Part shown: in pieces, positions 42,529-51,969 of the stretch | Numbering within the stretch: the first letter of the stretch is position 1 | Layout of the letters: every line of letters begins with the position of its first letter | Origin: Promethearchaeota archaeon | GTDB taxonomy: Archaea > Asgardarchaeota > Lokiarchaeia > Sigyniarchaeales > SOKP01 | Length of the DNA stretch: 64,000 bases | Reading direction: 5' to 3' | NCBI GenBank assembly: GCA_016840085.1 | Contig: JAEOTA010000081.1 | Span: 128,001-192,000, forward strand | The notes under the pieces: generated by a model | The model's input: the letters and a program-made list of their open reading frames with translations, nothing else | Told to the model about the DNA's origin: nothing | Database searches by the model: none | Program-made: the position numbers and the translations under genes

Positions 42529-42876
42529 GTATATCTCCTCCGACCGTGACTTATGGGCTAAATATTACCAACATCAAGTTTAAAATTCTATTCTCTTAAT
42601 ATAGTGATTGACGCTAGATGAAAACCTTCCTTAAACAGCCTTTCGAAAGAAAATATTAAAAATTAATAATCATATTATCAACATCATTTAAAAATTTATA
42701 GCTAATTTTAGCCATTCAGATTGACAAAAAACAATCAATAACAGAGTAGTATTGTTTAATGAATTAGACGAAAGATGAATAAAAATAGGTAATTCTACCT
42801 GAATATGTTAATTTTCAATATTTAATATTATTATCTCATATTTATATTTTAGATATTTCAACTTCTCCCTTCCAAT

Positions 42877-44007
42877 TTATAGGAAATATACTACTAATAT
42901 GATTAGAAAAATATTATTAGCTAGTTCTCTTTTATCCTTAGGTTGAGATAAAATACCATAATGAGGGGAATTAATCACATCTGGTATTCCACCAACTTTT
43001 GTACCTATAAAAGGTTTACCACAACCTAATGATTCAAACATTACAGTTGGATTTCCTTCAAATAGACTTGAGGATACAAAAATGTCGCAAGCTCCAAACC
43101 AATAGACTAATTCATCGTGTGGTTTTCTTCCCAAAAGTTTAACATAGTCATCTAATTTATATTTTGAGATTAATTTCTTTAGATTACCTTCTTCTGTTCC
43201 ATCACCGATAATTAGACATAAAAAATCTTTTTTATATCTTGTAAGAATATTCAACGCTTTAATTAGAATATCAAAGCCTTTAACTTTCTCTAAGTTGCCT
43301 ATAGATAGTATTAATTTTCTCTCATCTAATAGATTTAAAATATTTCTAGCTTTTTGTTTTTCTATATAGTAAAATAAAGAGGAAAGAAATCCATTAGGTA
43401 ATATATAAACTTCATTTTTAATACCTAATTTTTGTAAATATTCTCGATTTTTTAAGCTTACTGTTGTTAACCGATCTGCTCTCCAATAGACTTCTGTCAA
43501 TCTTTTCCTCCAATTTCTATCGCGAAATGGAAGATCATACACATCATACTCATGCCCAGTAATCACTAATGGTTTTTTGTATTTTTCCTTCACTTTCATT
43601 CCAGCATAACCAGCAGACCATCCAAAATGTGCATGAATAATATCAAACTTGATTTTTCTTGTTTTAAGAATTTTTAAAACAGCCTTAGCATGTTTATGGC
43701 CTAAAAATTTATAAAAAAAATTTAAGGGAAGGTACCATAAAGGGACAAGAATAATTTCAACATTATCTGGTTTATTAGTATAATTTATGGAATATCTCTT
43801 GCTATGCCTCCTCCTAGATTTGAAGAAAGGTAAAGGAATAATATTAGATAACTCAGCAATAGGTTTATAACGAACCATTACAAAAATCTTATTAAATTCC
43901 TTCGATATTATCTCAATCGGGTCTTTAATAAAACTACCATATGTATGATACAAAATTAAAAGATTTGGTTTAGTCCTTTCTTCTTTCATTCTTAATCTTA
44001 ATTCCAA
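42877..44007 (-). CDS. Glycosyltransferase family 4, C-terminus apparently replaced or truncated
   Basis: IHAHF, ITGH, IGNLEKVKG, SSLFEGNPTVMFESLGCGKP. Ends abruptly in NNIFLIILVVYFL. Start probably ATG 43989. Confidence 0.85.
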   Translation of the reverse strand: MELRLRMKEERTKPNLLILYHTYGSFIKDPIEIISKEFNKIFVMVRYKPIAELSNIIPLPFFKSRRRHSKRYSINYTNKPDNVEIILVPLWYLPLNFFYKFLGHKHAKAVLKILKTRKIKFDIIHAHFGWSAGYAGMKVKEKYKKPLVITGHEYDVYDLPFRDRNWRKRLTEVYWRADRLTTVSLKNREYLQKLGIKNEVYILPNGFLSSLFYYIEKQKARNILNLLDERKLILSIGNLEKVKGFDILIKALNILTRYKKDFLCLIIGDGTEEGNLKKLISKYKLDDYVKLLGRKPHDELVYWFGACDIFVSSSLFEGNPTVMFESLGCGKPFIGTKVGGIPDVINSPHYGILSQPKDKRELANNIFLIILVVYFL

Positions 44008-44052
44008 GTTTCTTTATTCATATCTGAATTGATATGTAATCCTTGATGCGAG

Positions 44053-44072
44053 TATAGCATTCAAATGCTATA
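44053..44072. promoter_or_regulatory. Palindrome TATAGCATT-CA-AATGCTATA
   Basis: Perfect 9-bp arms with a 2-nt spacer in a divergent intergenic region. Confidence 0.4.
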
Positions 44073-44160
44073 GAATTGAGTTAACCCGTCTATGAGATCA
44101 ACTATCTCTATAATTGAAAACTTTCATCAATTATAAACTCATCATACTACAAAGGAGCAT

Positions 44161-44575
44161 ATGAAAGTACTAATTGATATATGTCACCTAGCTCATGTTT
44201 CTTTTTTAAAAATATTATAACGAAAAGAACCAGATAATAGTAAGATCACAAAAAACACACATTACTGAAAAAATTTTAATGGAAGAGAAGTATCCATTTA
44301 TATCTTTAGGTAACTATAAGAATAATCTGCAAAAAATTATAAAAACGATACATATTGTCATTAAACTGATTACACTTTTAAAACGATTTAAATTTAATCA
44401 AAATGATTTTATTATGGGTATTTCTCCTGTCCATGCGAGTATTGCGTCCAAATTTGTTAGAAGTATTTGTATTAGATTTACAGATACTGATTTCGCGCCC
44501 CAACAATTTTATATTTATAGTTTTTTTTCAGATTACCTTTTTACACCAAATTGGTTCCCATTAAAATTTTATGGT
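44161..44575 (+). pseudogene. Degenerate 5' copy of the DUF354 gene at 45017
   Basis: MKVLIDICHLAHVSF, frameshift, then ...IMGISPVHASIASKFV...FTDTDFAP...WFPLKFYG. The upstream ~50 nt are also homologous to 44965-45016. Confidence 0.9.
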
Positions 44576-44607
44576 CTATGTTCATCCTGTAGATATGGAT
44601 CCTCTAA

Positions 44608-44940
44608 TTGAGGTTGCTAATGATAATAATATTAAATGAGGAGAAGACATCGGTAACAATAGATTTTATCAGAAAAGCAAAAGAGAAAGATTTAAAAATT
44701 CATTATATTCCTAATATTTTTGTATATACTAAATGTACTAATAGTTTTCTTGGTTTTTTTAAAGTTAAAATTAAGATGGAGAGAATCAGGTACATATTAA
44801 CATTTAGTTATACTTATGGGTCATCATTTTTCTTATTCTGTTCCATTCTACTTAGAATATACTCATTAAATATTTTCTTAACAATATTGGATATCATTTC
44901 AACAAATACCCCATCAAAATTCTGTATAGTGGGAGATTAA
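44608..44940 (+). pseudogene. Internal remnant of a GT2 glycosyltransferase (QxxRW-type region)
   Basis: DFIRKAKEKDLKIHYIPNIFVYTKCTNSFLGFFK, then KLRWRESG in a shifted frame, then hydrophobic sequence. Confidence 0.5.
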
Positions 44941-45016
44941 AGTCTTTTATCAGTTATCTTTTATATAATTGAAAACTAACATTAATTATAAATTCATTAT
45001 ACTATAAAAAAAGAAT

Positions 45017-46027
45017 ATGAAAGTATTAATTGATATTGTTCACCCCGCACATGTTCATTTCTTTAAATTTATAATCAGAGATTTAAAGAAAAACCATCAT
45101 CAGGTTATCATAACTTCACGAAAAAAGATAATTACAGAGAAATTATTAGAAGAAGAGAATATACCATACATTTCTCTGGGTGATTACAAGAATAATTTGG
45201 ATAAAATCATAAAAACAATACCGATAATTATTAAATTGATTACTATCTTGAAACATTTTAAATTTGGTAAAAAAGATTATATTATGGGAATCTCTCCTGT
45301 CCATGCGAGTATTGCTTCGAAATTTGTAAAGAGTACTTGCATAGGGTTTACGGATACTGATTTCGCCCCTGAACAATTTTATATTTGCAGTTTTTTTTCT
45401 AATTTTATTTTTACTCCAATGTGGTTTCCATTAAAAGTATATGGTGCCAAACATGTCAAATATAGAGGTTGTCAGGAATATACTTATCTAAATACAAAAT
45501 ATTTCAAACCTAATGTAGAAATAATTAGAAAATATGGATTGAATGCAGATAAATATATAGTGGTTAGACTAATAGACTGGGATGCTACTCATGATATAGG
45601 TAAAAGAGGAATTCCCGATATTGATAAATTTTTAACCATTCTTTCCGAAAAATATGAAATACTTCTCACCTCAGAGTTCCCAATCAGTGATAAATGGAAA
45701 AAAAAACTATATAGAGGAAAATTAGGAGATTTTCATAATTTTTTATTTTTTTCTGCAGGTTATATTGGAGAAGCATTTACAACTGCCCAAGAAGCTTTAA
45801 TTTTAGGTAGACCTAGTGTTGTAATTAATCCTATAAAATGTTTACTGTTTGAACATTTTAATTCAATTAAGGCATTATGCAGAAAAACAAGTAATTTCTT
45901 AGAAGGAATAAAAATTCTTGATAATTTATTAGATTTAGTTGAAGAAAAAAAAGAAGAAATGGTATCTAATTATTGTAAAAATTTCGTTGATTTAAATCAA
46001 TTTATTCTAAAATTCATAACTTCATAG
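45017..46027 (+). CDS. DUF354 family GT-B-like protein
   Basis: IDIVHPAHVHFFK, FTDTD, VRL..WDATHD, YIGE..T.A.EA.ILGRP. Confidence 0.85.
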   Translation: MKVLIDIVHPAHVHFFKFIIRDLKKNHHQVIITSRKKIITEKLLEEENIPYISLGDYKNNLDKIIKTIPIIIKLITILKHFKFGKKDYIMGISPVHASIASKFVKSTCIGFTDTDFAPEQFYICSFFSNFIFTPMWFPLKVYGAKHVKYRGCQEYTYLNTKYFKPNVEIIRKYGLNADKYIVVRLIDWDATHDIGKRGIPDIDKFLTILSEKYEILLTSEFPISDKWKKKLYRGKLGDFHNFLFFSAGYIGEAFTTAQEALILGRPSVVINPIKCLLFEHFNSIKALCRKTSNFLEGIKILDNLLDLVEEKKEEMVSNYCKNFVDLNQFILKFITS

Positions 46028-46045
46028 ATACTAAACAACCTATTC

Positions 46046-46121
46046 AAAAAATTGATTATTTAAAATTTTGTATCATTGATGAGAAGAGAGTTAAAGAAAT
46101 CTCTGAGATTAATTCTATAGA
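46046..46121 (+). repeat. Intergenic ~76-bp copy of coding sequence 47393-47469
   Basis: 42 bp are identical (46074-46115 = 47422-47463) and the flanks are imperfectly matched. Confidence 0.92.
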
Positions 46122-46208
46122 AATATTTATAAAGAGCAAAATTTAAAGTATAATTTAAAGAATTAAAGTCACAAAACAAAAATTCAAAATTTATTATAAT
46201 AGTTATTA

Positions 46209-47315
46209 GTGGACTCCATGAATGAGATAAAGTTAGTTAAAATGTATATGAATCAAGATATTAAAAATGCTGTCATAGACGTTCTTGAAAGTGGATATTA
46301 TATTAAAGGACCTAATTTAAGAAATTTTGAAGAATCTTTTAGAGATTATATTGGATCAAAATATGCTATAGGTGTAAGTTCTGGAACTGCCGCGTTATTT
46401 TTAGCTTACCAAGAAATAAATTTAAATCCTGGGGATGAAGTTATCGTTCCTTCTCATACGTTTATTGCAACAGTAACTCCCTTGGCATATTTTAAAGCTA
46501 AACCAATATTTGTTGATATCGACCCCGAAACGTATTGCATGAATATTGAGAAAGTAAAAAGCAAAATCTCCCCAAAAACCAAATGCGTCGTTCCCGTTCA
46601 TATTTATGGACATCCAGTGGATATGGATCCTTTATTGGAGATTGCTGAAGAAAATAATATTAAAATCATTGAAGACTGTTGTCAAGCTCATGGAGCAGAA
46701 TATAAAGAAAAAAAAGTCGGAAAACTTGGAGATATTGGAGTATTTAGTTTTTTTCCCTCAAAAAATATGACTGTTGGTGGGGATGGGGGAATGATAGTCA
46801 CGAATAACGAGAAATATGGAGAAGAATTGAAATTGAGGCGAGATCACGGTAGGAAATCTAAATATGAAAATGAACTATTAGGTTTAAACTTCCGATTGAA
46901 TGAAATTCAAGCTGTAATCGGTAAAGAACAATTAAAATACCTTGAAGAATGGATTGAAAAACGAAGGGAAATCGTTAATTTTTATAATGAGATATTTGAA
47001 AAACACCCAAATGTTAAGATTCCTTCCGAAAAAGAATGGGCAAAATGTTCTTATTACGTATATACTATTCAAATTGAAAAAAGAAGTTCATTCATAGAAC
47101 ACCTTAATAAAGAGAAGATTGCAACTGGTATTTATTATCCTATCCCCGTTCACAGGCAACCAATTATTCAAAAATTATATGGGATGCAACCTAAATTAGG
47201 TGTGACGGAAGAGATCGTTGAAAAAATTGTGTCCTTACCATTATCTCCTCAATTAACTAATGAGGAACTAAACCGAATAAAAGTAGCTATTAATGAATAT
47301 ATGGAGGATTTATAA
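46209..47315 (+). CDS. DegT/DnrJ family aminotransferase (WbpE-like)
   Basis: SSGTAAL, VHIYG, EDCCQAHGA, FSFFPSKNMTVGGDGG, GLNFRLNEIQA. Confidence 0.9.
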   Translation: MDSMNEIKLVKMYMNQDIKNAVIDVLESGYYIKGPNLRNFEESFRDYIGSKYAIGVSSGTAALFLAYQEINLNPGDEVIVPSHTFIATVTPLAYFKAKPIFVDIDPETYCMNIEKVKSKISPKTKCVVPVHIYGHPVDMDPLLEIAEENNIKIIEDCCQAHGAEYKEKKVGKLGDIGVFSFFPSKNMTVGGDGGMIVTNNEKYGEELKLRRDHGRKSKYENELLGLNFRLNEIQAVIGKEQLKYLEEWIEKRREIVNFYNEIFEKHPNVKIPSEKEWAKCSYYVYTIQIEKRSSFIEHLNKEKIATGIYYPIPVHRQPIIQKLYGMQPKLGVTEEIVEKIVSLPLSPQLTNEELNRIKVAINEYMEDL

Positions 47316-48322
47316 TGGTTGGTATTGGTATAACTGGAACGGGATACTGGGGTAAGAATCATGTAACAATTTATAAATCTCTACTTCTTGAGAAAAAGAT
47401 TGATTATTTAAAGCTTTGTGACATTGATGAGAAGAGAGTTAAAGAAATCTCTGAGATTAATTCAATAGATTATACAACAAATATAAAGGAATTATTAAAT
47501 GACGATAAAATAACTGCTGTCGTGATTGTTACTCCCTCATCAACTCATTATGAATTATCTAAACTGTCTTTAGAGAGTGGTAAGGATGTATTTGTGGAAA
47601 AACCAATAACTCTCAAATCTGATAATGCTATGAAGTTAATTGATTTAGCAAAACAAAAAAGAAAAATCCTAATGGTTGGTCATCTTTTCAGATATCACCC
47701 TGCGGTTGAAGAGATTAAAAAAAGAATAGATCTTGGTGAATTTGGAAAAATTCAAATGATTTTGTCATTTAGATTCGCATTAGGAGTCCCTAGAAAAGAT
47801 ATGGGCGTAATCTTAGCATTAGCAGTTCACGATCTTGATCTTACATGTTATTTATTAAATAAAAAGGAACCAGAATCTATTCTAGTTGATAATGGAAAAT
47901 TTAATCAAGAAGAAGTTACTGAAATGACAAACATGTCTTTAAATTTTGATAATAATACTAAAGGTTATATAATGGAAAGTTGGAATATTCCTGTTTATGG
48001 TAAAAGAAGGGAATTGCTAATAATTGGATCTGAAAAGAGTGGCTACGTAAATTATCTTACTCCATCTGAATATCAAATTTTTGATTCAAGTATAAGGAAC
48101 AGTGTTATGAATGATAAAGTAATGTTCGAAAAATCTGATAATGGAATTCATAAAGTCGTTATTGAATATAAGGAACCTTTAAAGCAAGAAATACTTCATT
48201 TTATTAAATGCATTGAAACTAGGCAAAATCCAAATTCAGATGGTTTAGTGGGGTATAACGCAGTAAGGATGTGTGAAAAAGCAATACTTTCAGCAGAAAA
48301 AAATGAAAGAATCTATTTTTAA
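47315..48322 (+). CDS. Gfo/Idh/MocA oxidoreductase (WbpB-like)
   Basis: GTGYWGKNH, TPSSTH, VFVEKP, MVGHLFRYHP, LAVHDLD. Confidence 0.9.
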   Translation: MVGIGITGTGYWGKNHVTIYKSLLLEKKIDYLKLCDIDEKRVKEISEINSIDYTTNIKELLNDDKITAVVIVTPSSTHYELSKLSLESGKDVFVEKPITLKSDNAMKLIDLAKQKRKILMVGHLFRYHPAVEEIKKRIDLGEFGKIQMILSFRFALGVPRKDMGVILALAVHDLDLTCYLLNKKEPESILVDNGKFNQEEVTEMTNMSLNFDNNTKGYIMESWNIPVYGKRRELLIIGSEKSGYVNYLTPSEYQIFDSSIRNSVMNDKVMFEKSDNGIHKVVIEYKEPLKQEILHFIKCIETRQNPNSDGLVGYNAVRMCEKAILSAEKNERIYF

Positions 48323-48519
48323 AATATGATAGATCTATCTAAAAAAGACAATAAATTAAGCATAAATATAAATAAACAATATTATGAATAATTCTTATAG
48401 TTGAATTGTATTATACTGTTAACTATCAGCGAGGAAGCAATGAAATCCTTAAAAATAGAATTGAAATAAACACAGATAGAATAAATATTAAATATCAGAT
48501 AACTTAAAATTAATAATAT

Positions 48520-48834
48520 TTATCGGGATTCTTCTTTTGTTTTATTGTGCTTTTTTAAATAATCTTCTAGAATCTTTTCATGTTTTCCTGATGTTTTACT
48601 CAAATTACTGTATGGTGCTTTTTTCAATAAAAATATTAAAGTCCAAAGAAATTCTCTTTCAAAAAGAAGAATAATAATCCATAATGGAATAAATGGGATT
48701 AAAAAAAATAATGATATTTTATTAAATATTAATAGAAGAATTGAACCGATAAAGATTAAACCGAGAATAAATGTCAACCCTCCAATTATGACATTAACAA
48801 TTATTCTAACTATTAAACTCGCCATTTTTATCAT
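48520..48834 (-). CDS. Small hypothetical membrane protein
   Basis: 104 aa with two hydrophobic segments, 13 nt downstream of a GT2. Confidence 0.6.
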   Translation of the reverse strand: MIKMASLIVRIIVNVIIGGLTFILGLIFIGSILLLIFNKISLFFLIPFIPLWIIILLFEREFLWTLIFLLKKAPYSNLSKTSGKHEKILEDYLKKHNKTKEESR

Positions 48835-48847
48835 TTCTCTAATAATT

Positions 48848-49606
48848 TTAGAGTTTTTTATCTTTTCGTTTATTTCTAATCTTTCTTTGATGGATTATTC
48901 TCCACTTCCATCCTTTTAATATCATTAAAAAATTACGCTTTATATAGCGAGAAATAACAATTTTTGATTGCTTTTCTCCTTCGAGATATATCGATCTTCT
49001 TGGAACATCCTTAATACGAAATCCATGAGCTGCAATTTTTATAATGAAATCAGATACATAGCCATATCCGTCCCAAAAAAGATCCCAATCAACAGTTTCA
49101 ATTACTTTCCTTGAGATAGCAGTAAATCCATCTTGTGTATCGAATATATTATGAACACCTGATCCTATTCTTGTTAGAATCGAAAGAAAAATATTTCCAA
49201 AATATCTTTTGTTAGGCATTACTTTTTTAGCATCGACTAGGAATCGATTTCCCTTTGTATAATCAGCTTCATCATTCACAATTGGGTCTAATAATAAAGG
49301 CAATTGTTCTAAATCAAATTGATGATCACCACCTACTACTGCTACAATATCTATATTGTGTCGTAAAGATGTCATATAACCTATTTTGATTGCATTTCCG
49401 ACGCCTTGATTTTTAGTTAATTTTATTAGTTTTATTTTTGGATTTTTTAATCTTTCGACTAAATTTGATGTCAAATCTTTGCTCCCATCATCTACTACAA
49501 ATATTTTATCAACAAAATCGGGAATTCCCATGATGGTTGGAATTATTAACCGCTCCTCATTATAAGCAGGGATAGTTATTGAAATTTTCTTTCCTCTATA
49601 AACCAA
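48848..49606 (-). CDS. Glycosyltransferase family 2 (Dol-P-Man synthase-like)
   Basis: IPAYNEE, VDDGSKD, NQGVG, GGDHQFD, KGNRF, DTQDGF. Confidence 0.9.
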   Translation of the reverse strand: MVYRGKKISITIPAYNEERLIIPTIMGIPDFVDKIFVVDDGSKDLTSNLVERLKNPKIKLIKLTKNQGVGNAIKIGYMTSLRHNIDIVAVVGGDHQFDLEQLPLLLDPIVNDEADYTKGNRFLVDAKKVMPNKRYFGNIFLSILTRIGSGVHNIFDTQDGFTAISRKVIETVDWDLFWDGYGYVSDFIIKIAAHGFRIKDVPRRSIYLEGEKQSKIVISRYIKRNFLMILKGWKWRIIHQRKIRNKRKDKKL

Positions 49607-49902
49607 ATAAAAAGACCTTGGATATTGTTTAAATTTATAAAGATTTACAATATTTAAAAATTTTTTTGACCTCCTAGATTATTTTTGGCTTTTAATATTG
49701 ACTGAAGTTACACTTAAAAAATGATAAATTTCTAAAAGTTATTGAATTTACTCAAGATTCTTAATCTTTGGAAAAAAATCTTTTCTTTTTCACATATAAT
49801 TCAGTAAATAATTGATTGAGAATTTAAGAAAAATTTTTTTATGTATATATTCAAAAATCATAGATAATGAAATAGAAAATTTTTAGAAAATCCTTTAAAC
49901 AA

Positions 49903-51501
49903 CTACTTCAACTGATATTTATAAAGATTCCTTATATCTCTTATTTTTTTTCCTGGATTCCCTGTAACAATCGCATAATCCTCCACATTTTTAACAACAA
50001 CTGTACCAGCACCAATTAAAGCATGTTTTCCAATTATTAAACCAGATAAAATTGTAGAATTTGCTCCAATTTTTGCATATTTTTTTATAGTTGGACCAAC
50101 AAGATTCCTTTTTACACCGATAGATTTAGGATATTTTGCATTGCATAAAACCACATTTGGACCTAACCAGCAATCATGCTTCAGAATTGAAAATTCAGGA
50201 ACAAAGCAATTAGAGTGAATACGAACATTATCTTCAATGATGATATGATGTTCTATATTAGAATGGGACCCAATACTAACATTATTTCCAATTTTATTAT
50301 TTTCTCTGATAGTAACAAAATGACCAGTTTGAAAATTATCTCCAATCTCATTTCGAGGATAAATAATAGTTGGTTGTCTTATATTGGAATTTATGCCAAT
50401 TTTATAATCTTGCTTAAACTTTTTGTATTCTTCTGCTTTAATTTTTTCTTTTTTTATTATTTGGGAACTTATTTCTTTCCTTTTTATACTAATACTTTTA
50501 TCTTCTTGAATAAATACGGGCAATTTAGCTATTGCTTTGATTTCTTCTTTGAGATTTAAACGTTCTCTCCGCGTGTATGTGTCTTTTGGAAAAACATTAG
50601 CTTTAAAATCAGGCAATTCAAAATTTTTAATAGCTCTTTTACTAATTTGATTGAAATTGAATTTACTTTCTAGCGATTGCCTTCGATGTGTCATTTTTTT
50701 AAAAATATAATGCAGGATACAAGAAGAGATTGATCTGAGAATCCTTATAAGATTGACATGAGAAGTGCCATATTGTCGGGGATTGGCAGAAACAGGAGTT
50801 TCAACAATCTTTAATTGATTAAATGCAGCTGTAAATAATAATTCGGTGGAAAAGCCCCTTCCAGTATTTCGTATATTCCCTAAAATTTTCTTGATGTCTT
50901 TTTTAAAGGCTCTAAAACCACATTGGTTATCATGTACTCTTTGAAGATATAACATTCTAAAGAATACTCTTATAAAATATTCACCTACACGAGCATAGAG
51001 CGGATATTTATAATTAAACTTACCTAAATATCGTGATCCAACAACAAGATCAGCTTGATTATTAATAATTGGCTTAGCTAAATAAGGAATTTCTTCAGGA
51101 TTATGTTGTCCATCCGAATCCATTGTTATTATAATATCTCCTGTGGCGTGCTTAAATCCAGTTAATAATGCTGCTCCATAACCTTGATTTTTTTCATGGC
51201 GAATGAGTTTAATTTTTCTATTTGTAATTTCTTTAATTCTTTCCACGCTATTATCAGTAGAGCCATCATCGACTATAACAATTTCATATAAACGGTGGTG
51301 TGGTATTCGGTCAATTACACCCTTAATTGAATTTTCCTCATTATAAAGAGGAATAACAATAGAAGTTAGGATTTTTTTTCCTTTTTGAACTAAATTTTCA
51401 CTAGAACGAAAATCTTCAACCTTATCAATTCTCGACTTCTCTAAATATAAATTTTCAAGAGTCATTTTCTGTTTATAAAAATTGCTATTACTAAAAAACA
51501 T
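49903..51501 (-). CDS. Fusion of a GT2 (Dol-P-Man synthase-like) and a hexapeptide-repeat N-acetyltransferase (WbpD-like)
   Basis: N-terminal IPLYNEE, VDDGSTD, MDSDGQH, GSRY. C-terminal left-handed beta-helix repeats, [26 protein letters not shown]. Confidence 0.88.
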   Translation of the reverse strand: MFFSNSNFYKQKMTLENLYLEKSRIDKVEDFRSSENLVQKGKKILTSIVIPLYNEENSIKGVIDRIPHHRLYEIVIVDDGSTDNSVERIKEITNRKIKLIRHEKNQGYGAALLTGFKHATGDIIITMDSDGQHNPEEIPYLAKPIINNQADLVVGSRYLGKFNYKYPLYARVGEYFIRVFFRMLYLQRVHDNQCGFRAFKKDIKKILGNIRNTGRGFSTELLFTAAFNQLKIVETPVSANPRQYGTSHVNLIRILRSISSCILHYIFKKMTHRRQSLESKFNFNQISKRAIKNFELPDFKANVFPKDTYTRRERLNLKEEIKAIAKLPVFIQEDKSISIKRKEISSQIIKKEKIKAEEYKKFKQDYKIGINSNIRQPTIIYPRNEIGDNFQTGHFVTIRENNKIGNNVSIGSHSNIEHHIIIEDNVRIHSNCFVPEFSILKHDCWLGPNVVLCNAKYPKSIGVKRNLVGPTIKKYAKIGANSTILSGLIIGKHALIGAGTVVVKNVEDYAIVTGNPGKKIRDIRNLYKYQLK

Positions 51502-51969
51502 TTGAATGATTTCTGAATATTATTATCAAAATAAGCTTTTAAATTGTCGAATAATTTCACTGAATTATAACTTTTTTTCTTCTTTAACATAATTCTATTA
51601 TTTTTTTCAGACAATATGCGTTAGTTTCCTTTCTTTTTTGCCTAGTATTTTTTAATATTACTATTATATAAAAATTTATTTGAATTGTACATTTTTATAG
51701 AAAATTCTAAAATGAATTTAACAAAAAGATTCGAAATATGATTTATTATTTTAAAGCATAATCATCAATAATGTTGTTTATTAGAATACCAGTTATAAAG
51801 CCATATATATGAAAGTGAAGGTATTGAGGTTTCGTAGAGCGTTGAAGAAGCAACACTCTATGAATTAAAAATATTGGATAAAAAGTCCATTATGAAAACA
51901 CTTGAGCTAAGTAAGATTTTCCTCTAAAAAACGATTTATGACACTTTAACAATGTATATAATTAGATAT

